Shown here in pieces: positions 44,800-52,883 of a DNA stretch of 64,000 nt. The translations under genes were made by a program, and so were the position numbers. The notes under the pieces were generated by a model, which saw nothing but the letters and a program-made list of their open reading frames with translations, did not search any database and was not told where the DNA came from. The first letter of the stretch is position 1. Each line of letters begins with the position of its first letter. Source of the stretch: a plasmid; sequence record NZ_CP102531.1; one strand, 5' to 3'.

Positions 44800-46533
44800 T
44801 CAAAGATTGGATTCAACAAAATCAAGTGCCTTGTCACCATTGTTGGTTAATTCAATGTATTGCCGACCAGTTGTTGTGACCAGCTTGACGCCATACTTAT
44901 CGGTGATCTTTTTTAAATTACCTTTCATGCTTTCCATTTGCGGCGCAAGGATGACCATGTTCATATCTTTGATCAAATCCATATCCTGTCCATAAGCGCG
45001 GGCGGCGGCCGAGAGCTTTAAACCGCGTTCCTTAGACAGTTTGTTTAGCGCGTTGGCAAGAATACCGCTTGTTCCACCACCAGCACACAACACTAAAACA
45101 TTAACTTCATTTTGTTTGAAATAGGCTTCGCCGTGGGCAGATGGGGCTGTTTCAGGCAACACATGGGTCGCATCGTCGTCTGTGGCAGTCGCAACAGTCA
45201 AACCAGTCGGGATAGAAGGTGACACTGTGTCACTCGCCAGAACAGCCATGCCGTCGTCTTCAATGACCTCTTCCTTAGCTTTTTCTTCAGCTAAGAGTGT
45301 GCTGTCATAAACGCGAATGAATGGGAAGTATATCGCAACGTCCAGAACCAACGTCAGTAGAACAAAGACGAAAGCCAACGGGGCAAACCCAGTCGAAATC
45401 AAAATCCCAATCGGTCCCGGAACTGTCCATGGCATGGTGTACATCATACTGTTCATGCCAAGTACACTCACAAAGAATTTGAATAAGCAAACGTTCACGA
45501 TCGGGGTTGCTAAGAACGGAATGAAGAAAATGGGATTCATGATAATCGGCATTCCGAACAAAACAGGTTCATTGACCCCGAAAGTGCATGGCACAAAGGC
45601 AGCCTTACCAACGGCTTTTAATTGCGCTGATCGGGCCGCAAACAGCATGATGAAAGCTACCACAAATGTTGCTCCGGTTCCACCAAAATTCATGACGTAG
45701 TCCATCGTGTTCATGGCCAAAACGTGCGAGACATGTTGCCCTGCCTGATATTGCTGCAAGTTAGCTGCTGTATTCGCAATCATAATCGGGACAACAGCCG
45801 GCTGAACAATTGATGGGCCTTGGACACCACAGAACCAGAAGAAAGCCATCGCGCCAGCAATCAGGGCTAAGCCTAGATAAGAATCGCTGGCTTGGAAAAG
45901 CGGCGAAAGTACTTGAATGATCCAGCGTGGCAATACAGTACCCGTTGCCGCTTTGAAGCCAACACCGAAAAGCCAGAAGGCTGTCACAGAAAGGCCCATC
46001 GGGATAAGGTCTTTAAATGACTGGGCGATATTACCTGGTACCTGCTCTGGTAATTTAATCGTGACATTGTTCTTAATACAGACGTAGTAAATATTTGGCA
46101 CGATCAACCCAACGATATAAGCGCAGATCAATCCCTGAGTCCCCATGTAAGTCAGGTCAACACCGGTTTTAAGCGGCAAGATCGACAAAATGACAAAAGA
46201 AATTTCAGACGCCACAATGACGGCCACTGGATTAATTTGATTTGTTTTCGGTAATTCAAGGTTCTTGCTGTCAGTCAAGTTTTTACCAGTCGTTCCCGCC
46301 ACAAACAGTGCCAGCAAGCCCATGGAATAGTTATAAGCAACCATCAACGTATTCGTTACGTTGTCTGGCCAGTAAAACCCCCAAGCGTTCGGAACATAAG
46401 CAACCATCATAAAGATACTTGAGAAGATGATGATCGGCATACATGCGATAAAGCCATCACGAATCGCGGAAATATATTTGTTAGCAGCGATGGCTTCAAA
46501 AACCGGTTTTAATTTATCAAAAACCTTATTCAT
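44800..46533 (-). CDS. lacE: PTS lactose-specific EIICB component
   Basis: The track ORF extends to 46617. The ATG at 46533 is preceded by aggagg (MNKVFDKLKPVFEA...). It has a polytopic IIC domain and a C-terminal IIB domain with the catalytic Cys (LVLCAGGGTSG). Confidence 0.75.
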   Translation of the reverse strand: MNKVFDKLKPVFEAIAANKYISAIRDGFIACMPIIIFSSIFMMVAYVPNAWGFYWPDNVTNTLMVAYNYSMGLLALFVAGTTGKNLTDSKNLELPKTNQINPVAVIVASEISFVILSILPLKTGVDLTYMGTQGLICAYIVGLIVPNIYYVCIKNNVTIKLPEQVPGNIAQSFKDLIPMGLSVTAFWLFGVGFKAATGTVLPRWIIQVLSPLFQASDSYLGLALIAGAMAFFWFCGVQGPSIVQPAVVPIMIANTAANLQQYQAGQHVSHVLAMNTMDYVMNFGGTGATFVVAFIMLFAARSAQLKAVGKAAFVPCTFGVNEPVLFGMPIIMNPIFFIPFLATPIVNVCLFKFFVSVLGMNSMMYTMPWTVPGPIGILISTGFAPLAFVFVLLTLVLDVAIYFPFIRVYDSTLLAEEKAKEEVIEDDGMAVLASDTVSPSIPTGLTVATATDDDATHVLPETAPSAHGEAYFKQNEVNVLVLCAGGGTSGILANALNKLSKERGLKLSAAARAYGQDMDLIKDMNMVILAPQMESMKGNLKKITDKYGVKLVTTTGRQYIELTNNGDKALDFVESNL

Positions 46534-46653
46534 GAGTCTTTTCCTCCTGAGCGCTTGGAAGCCAAAGCATAAGCGTGCTTGAAGCAAACTGGCCCAATCT
46601 TTGGTAGATTGCTTCAAAGCCCTTATGTGTAGGCTTCTACGACTGCGAGCGCG
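46534..46653 (-). promoter_or_regulatory. lacT-lacE intergenic leader (expected RAT/terminator site for LacT antitermination)
   Basis: About 120 nt between the lacT stop and the lacE RBS, with imperfect inverted repeats. By analogy with L. casei lacTEGF, where a second RAT-terminator lies here. Confidence 0.35.
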
Positions 46654-47532
46654 TTATAATGAATCGTTTTGTGAATGATTCTGGGCTGGTGCTTCGTTTA
46701 TCAATCGCTGAATGTGGATGATGAAGTAAAGTCGTTCGTCCTCACTCATACTGCGATAGAGTTGATCCTTAATTTCATCGAAAATTTCTGAGGCAATCTT
46801 GTAAGACTGCGGATAGTTTTGCTTAAGTTCAGTGGCAACCTCAGGGACAATGGTAACGGCATATGTATCAACACGCTGCAGTCGGTCGATGAGATACTGG
46901 AGATGAATCATAAATCGGTCATAGTAGTTGCCATTTGAATGAGAGCGAGTAATGTGATGACGCTTCAACACTTCTTGTACAAGTTGACTAAGTGAGGCTT
47001 CATTGCTTTTACCAAAAACCTGCTCGCCATCGTCTTCGCCGGAAGCGTTGATAAAGTGCAACGCCAGATTTTTTATTTCCGACTGTGGAAACTGAACGCC
47101 AAGGTTCGTGGCAATGATTTGCAGTGCCTGTTTAGCCACCGCATATTCGGCCGGATATTGAATATGAAAATCTGGTACCATTGTTTCTTGATAAGTCCCT
47201 GCCTGATAGCGTTTATATGCCTCGTAAATATGATCACTCAAGGTAATGTAGATATAATCAAGCACTTTCAGTCGATATTGTTTCTGGGCAACATCAATAA
47301 TTTCATAGGTAGTCGTCACCACGTCAATCGGAATATTTTTTAAGAGAAAGTACAAATTTTGTCGGGAAGTCTCGTTCGCTAGATAAAAGATCTTCTCTAT
47401 CTGCTTTGTCGGAATAACATCTCCTCGCCTCTTCTGAAAAGCGATGCCACGTCCCCTTACAACGGCTTGGCCGCGGTTGTCTAGATCAACCAAGGCCACG
47501 TTGTTGTTAAAAATCTGAGATATTTTTGGCAA
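46654..47532 (-). CDS. lacT: BglG/LicT-family PRD transcription antiterminator
   Basis: CAT RNA-binding N-domain (ISQIFNNNVALVDLDNRGQAVVRGRGIAFQKRRGD) plus two PRDs. The probable TTG start at 47532 is preceded by GGGAGG. The upstream part of the track ORF is leader sequence. Confidence 0.7.
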   Translation of the reverse strand: MPKISQIFNNNVALVDLDNRGQAVVRGRGIAFQKRRGDVIPTKQIEKIFYLANETSRQNLYFLLKNIPIDVVTTTYEIIDVAQKQYRLKVLDYIYITLSDHIYEAYKRYQAGTYQETMVPDFHIQYPAEYAVAKQALQIIATNLGVQFPQSEIKNLALHFINASGEDDGEQVFGKSNEASLSQLVQEVLKRHHITRSHSNGNYYDRFMIHLQYLIDRLQRVDTYAVTIVPEVATELKQNYPQSYKIASEIFDEIKDQLYRSMSEDERLYFIIHIQRLINEAPAQNHSQNDSL

Positions 47533-47539
47533 GTTGTCA

Positions 47540-47640
47540 TCACCTCCCAGTGCAAAGAAAAAACCACAAATCACGCGCTGCGATCAGCACTGCGATCAGC
47601 ACTGCGATTTGTGGTCTCGCCTAATTAAATAGTCACAATC
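47540..47640 (-). promoter_or_regulatory. lac leader: RAT-like sequence overlapping a rho-independent terminator; contains a 12-bp tandem repeat
   Basis: On the minus strand the hairpin is ccacaaatc[gcagtgctgatcgcagtgctgatcgcagcgcgt]gatttgtgg followed by TTTTTTT, just upstream of the lacT RBS. The loop carries 2.5 copies of tgcgatcagcac. Confidence 0.5.
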
Positions 47641-47668
47641 CACATTGAATATTCCTATCAACAAACAA

Positions 47669-47703
47669 ATTGTACCATATCTGAACAGAATGTAAACGTT
47701 TTA
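47669..47703 (-). promoter_or_regulatory. Candidate lac promoter (TTTACA - 16 nt - TGnTACAAT) with overlapping cre-like box TGTAAACGTTTTAT
   Basis: Reverse-complement reads acgTTTACAttctgttcagatatggTACAAT. The cre consensus TGWAANCGNTNWCA is matched at 12 of 14 positions, overlapping the -35. Confidence 0.35.
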
Positions 47704-47878
47704 TTTTATTTTTTGTAGCATCTTTAGTTTGCTGTTCTTTTTTCTTTTTCAACAGTGTCCATCCAGCAAGCCATCGTCAGTTTTTTAGGACAATTATCTG
47801 TGTTGCCTTTTGTTCTTTAATGATCAGTGCTAGTCATGTCTCTACAAACGAATCACTTTATTTGACGCCTCCGTTAAT

Positions 47879-48188
47879 TTGACGATAATGATCAAAACGA
47901 GCTTCAAGGAGGCAATTACGTCGAACTTAGATTTAACCATCGTTGTGCCAACTTACAATTTAGGTCATTATCTGCCTGAGACATTAAAAAGTATCCAGCA
48001 ACAAACAATTGATTTTGAACTTTGGCTCATCGACGATGCCTCTACTGATGGTACCGCTCAGACAGTGGCTGATTTTGTTAAAGGTATCCCTAATTTTCAC
48101 GCGACCGGTTTTAATGACCATCGTGGCATCGGTGCTGCGCGAAACTTTGGCATTGATCATGCCACTGGTCAAGCTGTGGCGTTTGTTG
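47879..48188 (+). pseudogene. 5' fragment of a family-2 glycosyltransferase gene truncated by IS5 copy B3
   Basis: The GT2 N-terminus (TIVVPTYNLGHYLPETLKSIQQQT...WLIDDASTDGT) reads straight into the IS5 IR at 48189. Confidence 0.6.
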
Positions 48189-48197
48189 AGAACCTGT

Positions 48198-48668
48198 CTA
48201 GCATCTTTTAAGAACTATGTTCAAGAAGGCCAATACAACCATTTGAAGACTGCTGTTAAGGGCACGTTCACAGTTTTTCCAAAGTCGCCGACATTTGTCT
48301 AGCCAACTCCATGAACGTTCAACGATCCATCGTTGCGGTAACACCGTGAACATATGCAACTCGTTGCGTTTAGCTACCGTCGTCTTAGCATTCAAAATGA
48401 GCTTCACCTGATCCGCAAAGTCATTGCCAGTGTAGCCACCATCAACCATGACATGCTGAACCAGCTCTAAATTTTGGCTAGCCAAACTAAGCATAGCCAA
48501 TGCACCTGAACGATCTGATACATTAGCTCGTGTCACGAGAATGGCTTGTGGTAAACCGTTAATATCAACCGCCATATGACGCTTAATCTCTGAAATCTTT
48601 TTGCCGCCATCGTAGCCACTATTTTTCGTTAAATCAGTGGTTTTAACACTTTGAGCATCAATAATCAC
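48198..48668 (-). CDS. IS5-family transposase OrfB
   Basis: As the other copies. Confidence 0.75.
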   Translation of the reverse strand: MIIDAQSVKTTDLTKNSGYDGGKKISEIKRHMAVDINGLPQAILVTRANVSDRSGALAMLSLASQNLELVQHVMVDGGYTGNDFADQVKLILNAKTTVAKRNELHMFTVLPQRWIVERSWSWLDKCRRLWKNCERALNSSLQMVVLAFLNIVLKRC

Positions 48669-48985
48669 AAACGACGTTCGGGCCGATCGGCCCTGTGCAA
48701 AACGATAGGAAGCGACAGTTTTTTTAAAAGCCTTTCTAATAGCGAATCAGCTGTCGGGTCTGGTTTATCTCGCCACATATCGTAATAGCGGTAGACAGTG
48801 TGCCATTCTGGGAAATCGTGCGGTAATTCACGCCATTGACACCCTGTAGTAAGCGAGTAAAGGATGGCATTGAATACGTCATAAAGATCATAACGACGCG
48901 GTCTTGTATGCTTGCGGAAGTTTTCTAAATCAGGTTGTATTAACGCAAATTGCGCTCGAGAAATATTGCTTGGATAATCTGGCAT
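48665..48985 (-). CDS. IS5-family transposase OrfA
   Basis: As the other copies. Confidence 0.75.
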   Translation of the reverse strand: MPDYPSNISRAQFALIQPDLENFRKHTRPRRYDLYDVFNAILYSLTTGCQWRELPHDFPEWHTVYRYYDMWRDKPDPTADSLLERLLKKLSLPIVLHRADRPERRL

Positions 48986-49046
48986 GACAAACTCCTCAGT
49001 CGGTTTTCCACAATTCTACCAGATTCAGCAGATACTAGACAGGTTC

Positions 49047-49331
49047 TTAAAGAGTTGCTTTCAATTGATCTAATCGCCATTGGCACCATGAAATAAAGGC
49101 TAATTCGTCAATCTTTGGAATGCCATAGGTTCTAGCATACGTTAACTTTTGAGTGGTAAGTAGTTGATCATAGGGTTTGCTAATAATACCAACCACAAGG
49201 ATATCGACATTTTTGTCAATCCCGTTGACAGGTTTTGCTCCTAGAATAGTTGCTAACTGTTGTGCCTGGAAACGACGAAAAGATCGCAAACGGCCGGTAA
49301 AGAGAATTCGTTTGCCCCTTAAATCTATCAT
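49047..49331 (-). CDS. Stand-alone BRCT-domain protein (94 aa); its stop codon overlaps the IS5 terminus
   Basis: GKRILFTGRL...LVVG...GIPKIDELAFISW is a BRCT-like pattern. The last base of the IS forms part of the stop, so the C-terminus is possibly truncated. Confidence 0.4.
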   Translation of the reverse strand: MIDLRGKRILFTGRLRSFRRFQAQQLATILGAKPVNGIDKNVDILVVGIISKPYDQLLTTQKLTYARTYGIPKIDELAFISWCQWRLDQLKATL

Positions 49332-49336
49332 GATAT

Positions 49337-49987
49337 TTACCTCTCACTACGAGGAACATTTGCTAGATCTTCTGCCTGATACTTTTCGATGCGATATAAG
49401 GTTACTGGTGCAATACCTAACATGCGGGCAATTTGTCGCTTGGTCAGAGTTTCATCTCCGTCTTTCTTCCTATTTAAAAGGCGACAGGCTTCTTTATAAA
49501 TATAGCGTTTTTGACGATTAGGTGAATGAGGACCATATTCGCGAATTTTGCCTTTATATTTGCCCTGGCGTTTGGCAATTTCTATGCCTTGTTGTTGCCG
49601 TATCTTAATAGTTTCGCGCTCTTCTTGAGCAATATACTTATATAGTTCGACAATAATTGTCGTAATCAAGTTACGAAGGTTAGGATCTTCAATACTTGCA
49701 AAGCTAGGTAGATTTAGAACGTTCAATTGAGCTCCACGATGCCGAATGGTTTCGATGATGTCAGTCAAATCATGAGAATTGCGACCAAGTCGATCAAGGC
49801 TCAGTACCACTACTTCATCATCATCACGAATATAGTCTAACATTGCTTTCAGTTGAGGACGATCGGCATTTTTACCTGAAAGCTTCTCTTGAAAGATTTT
49901 ATTAACACCGGCATCATGTAGCTGTTCAATTTGACGCGCCAGATTTTGATCACGCGTACTAACACGCGCATAACCGATTTTAGACAA
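49337..49987 (-). CDS. Serine recombinase (resolvase/invertase family)
   Basis: The N-terminus MSKIGYARVSTRDQNLARQ carries the catalytic Ser motif. A C-terminal HTH is present. 216 aa. Confidence 0.8.
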   Translation of the reverse strand: MSKIGYARVSTRDQNLARQIEQLHDAGVNKIFQEKLSGKNADRPQLKAMLDYIRDDDEVVVLSLDRLGRNSHDLTDIIETIRHRGAQLNVLNLPSFASIEDPNLRNLITTIIVELYKYIAQEERETIKIRQQQGIEIAKRQGKYKGKIREYGPHSPNRQKRYIYKEACRLLNRKKDGDETLTKRQIARMLGIAPVTLYRIEKYQAEDLANVPRSER

Positions 49988-49989
49988 TT

Positions 49990-50260
49990 CTAGATCACCT
50001 CCGGGTCACTTATATGTAACTAATAATACTCCCTTCTCTCTTTAGTTACAATAGGGTACACTTCACTGAACTCTTTCTAAAATAAAACGTATTTATAAAC
50101 CCTCTTTTTGGATTTATAAATATATATATATAAATAAAGCCGTTTTTTAATAAACACTTGATTCTGTGACTTTATAATTATACACTTGTTAAGTGCCGTA
50201 TTTAAGACAATGCTAGATCATCAGAAAGTATGTCACAAGAAATAAAAAGGCGGTGTTTTA
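49990..50260. promoter_or_regulatory. AT-rich resolvase upstream region (candidate res site/promoter) containing a (TA)7 microsatellite
   Basis: tatatatatatata at about 50119-50133, in very AT-rich flanks. Confidence 0.3.
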
Positions 50261-50728
50261 ATGATTTTTATCACCCTGTCAGCTCAACGAGCGGCACTTC
50301 TAAATTACCCTAATGAACCTTCAGTAAAATGGGTTGGTTATTCGTTCAATGCAACTGATTCGGAACTCTGGGATCATAATAAAGGAGTTTGGCGTTTAGG
50401 CGCGAGAGTCAATTCTGAGGAATATGTTGCGCTTTGTTTTGAAGGAGAGGTAAAACTAGTCGCACACTTTTCTGGCGTGGCTCTTTATCCTAATTCATCA
50501 AGATACTTCTTTGTAGGCGGTCGCCCCTTAACTAAAGGCGAAGCTCCATACGACAAATGGATTGGACAGCGTGTTAAAGGTACTAGAAATCCGATTCGTT
50601 ATGAATATGATCCAGACATTGACGGGTGGAAATGGAAAACAGATAAGGGTGTTGCAAAAGTTTTGGATGACTTACAAGCCAAATACCCAAGAAGAGATGA
50701 GTTCCTTTATCATTTAAAGAATATTTAG
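50261..50728 (+). CDS. Hypothetical protein (155 aa, Trp/Tyr-rich)
   Basis: ORF followed by a clean terminator. No motif recognised. Confidence 0.45.
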   Translation: MIFITLSAQRAALLNYPNEPSVKWVGYSFNATDSELWDHNKGVWRLGARVNSEEYVALCFEGEVKLVAHFSGVALYPNSSRYFFVGGRPLTKGEAPYDKWIGQRVKGTRNPIRYEYDPDIDGWKWKTDKGVAKVLDDLQAKYPRRDEFLYHLKNI

Positions 50729-50753
50729 CATGCTTTGCAGGTCAAAGTTAAAC

Positions 50754-50786
50754 GATCATTTTGAGGCAGTTACCGAATGGGTAACT
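50754..50786 (+). terminator. Rho-independent terminator
   Basis: aggcagttacc-gaatg-ggtaactgcct followed by TTTTTT. Confidence 0.65.
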
Positions 50787-50924
50787 GCCTTTTTTGGGGG
50801 GAGTTTAAGAAAGGTTCTATACTTCCCTCCTAGAGCTTGATTTTGGGAATTTACTCTTGATTATCCTGATTTTTGCTAGATACCAAACAGACTCTAAGAA
50901 GTTGTTTGATGTCTTCAATGCAGT

Positions 50925-51123
50925 ACTTTACGATTGGCTAATATGCTGATCAATGATTTCATTCATTAAGTCAGAGATATCTGTTTCTAAAGCAATAGAT
51001 AATTTATACAGAGTTTCTAGGCTAGGCAGATTATGACCGTTCTCAATATTTGTTAAAGTTTTTTCGGATATCCATTCTGCAGGAAGTAATCCCTTATTGA
51101 CGCAACTATCTAGTGGCTGGTGA
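50925..51123 (-). pseudogene. Start-less remnant of an Xre-type HTH regulator gene
   Basis: The minus-strand frame reads ..LPAEWISEKTLTNIENGHNLPSLETLYKLSIALETDISDLMNEIIDQHISQS*, with no upstream start codon. Confidence 0.35.
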
Positions 51124-51124
51124 A

Positions 51125-51400
51125 TTAGGCAACATTCCGGCTACCTGAAACGTGAATTTGATAGTGAATTAAGATGGATTCCTGCTTATATTTTACAAAA
51201 ATCAAAATTGATCCATTAAAAAGCCTTAATAGCATCTTTAGGTTGGCTAGATTGATCGCAATATCAATCGTCACTGCGATGCTGGCTACCGTTTTAGTCC
51301 GCACCAATGAAAGGCCCAAAGGGCCTTTCATGAAGGCAAAACCGCGTTCAATTTTCCCGCGCCGCTTCTCTGCGTCACGATCAACTTGCCGCTGCTTAGC
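51125..51400 (-). pseudogene. C-terminal remnant of an IS1182/IS5-like transposase, fused in the ORF track to IS3 sequence
   Basis: The end of the 161-aa ORF, ..KRRGKIERGFAFMKGPLGLSLVRTKTVASIAVTIDIAINLANLKMLLRL, resembles IS1182-family transposase C-termini. Confidence 0.35.
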
Positions 51401-52640
51401 ATCCATCTTTTTAGACTTACGTCCTAAACGTGGTCCCGACAACCTAATGCCTAGTCGTTGACAGTGGTAGCCCAGTGAACTATGAATTCTCTTCCTATTG
51501 TAGAAAGCATGCACATATTCAAAAAGGACGGCAGCGGCAGTTTCATAATCTTCAAAGACCGGCACTGGATAAACACATTCCTTTTTGAGGGAAGCGTGAA
51601 AGGATTCCATTGGCGCATTATCATACGGACAACCCTTACGGCTGTATGAGTGCGGATATGTAGTTCAGTTAAACGTTGATTGTAATTATCGCTGGTATAC
51701 TGTGATCCTAAATCCGTATGGATAATCAGGTCCCCAGTAATGGTTCGATTTTTAACCGCGCTTTCAAGGGTCTTTAAGACTAAATCAGTAGCCATCTTTT
51801 TTGAGAACGAATAGCCGATAATCCGTCGTGAGTGCAGGTCCATGATGGTTGATAAGTAACACCAGCCATTACGCTTCGTTTGAATATAGGTCATATCAGC
51901 GGTCCATTTTTGATTTAAACCAGTGGTCGAGAAATCCTGCTTAAGCAAGTTGGGACGCTGTTCAACCTTGGTTTTGGAAGCCGAAGCCGCTTTCCACTTA
52001 TTGACGGTACCGGAGTGGATATCCAGTTCCTTCATGAGCCGGGAAATCCGTCGTGGACTGCACCGAAGCTGCAGTGGTTGAAGTTCCAGATTCAATTCAT
52101 GGTGGCTCTTCATAACACCGTATCGCTGCTTAAATTCCGCAAAGATCCGCAGAATCAGTTGTTTCAAGTCCGCATCTTCGGCCCGTCGTTTTCAAGGTTT
52201 GGGGGATCGATAACGATAATACTGAGCTCTGGAAACACCGAGGATTCGGCACATCTTGGTTACCTGGTGGTGATGGCTTTCTTGGTGAATGTAATCAAAG
52301 ATATTGGTTACTTCTGCGCAAGGAAGTGCAGGGCTTTTTTTAGGATTTCGTTCTCCTCAGACAGCGAAGCCAGTCGCTTTTCCATCGCTTTTATTCCGTC
52401 TGGCGATTTACCGGATTGATTTTTGGCCTGGCCCTGGATCCACTTATGAACTGTTGAATAGCCAATGCCATATTCTCTGGCTAGTTGGGCAGCTGATTCG
52501 CCTTGCTTATATAGGTTGATAATGTTTTGTTTGAATTCTTTGTCGTAACGAGTTGGCATGTAAAAATTCCTTCCTTTTGAGAGACGATTTATTCATTATA
52601 CCCTCTCTTAAAAGTTGTCTCAGGAATCAGCTTACATCCA
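51400..52640 (-). mobile_element. Degenerate IS3-family element (orfA intact; orfB interrupted by an in-frame stop and frameshifts)
   Basis: OrfA (52308-52559, HTH + leucine zipper) is intact. The OrfB region has an in-frame TGA near 52191 (..YRYRSPKP*KRRAEDADLKQ..). The DDE core (HTDLGSQYTS) is present, but the C-terminal part shifts frame at about 51451-51610. Boundaries are approximate. Confidence 0.55.
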
Positions 52641-52883
52641 GGAAGTACGTCGAATTCTTAAGAAACCCATAGTTTACTGTTAACGCCATTACTTCAAGCG
52701 TGTCGACTTTTGACACGCTTTTTTTATGCTATTGGATACAAATCATTCAATAAAAATGAAGTATCAAAAAAGACGGCTTCCACTATGGAAAGTCGTCTCC
52801 GATGAACCTGGTTTTCTAATAATCATTCATGTCGCATCGTCTCGCTACAAAAGTATTCAGTATCGAAATTTGTGACATATACC

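Larger units (their letters stand above)
48189..49047 (-). mobile_element. IS5-family insertion sequence, copy B3
   Basis: 859 bp with the same IRs and a few SNPs relative to B1 and B2. Unrelated truncated genes sit on both flanks. Confidence 0.8.
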
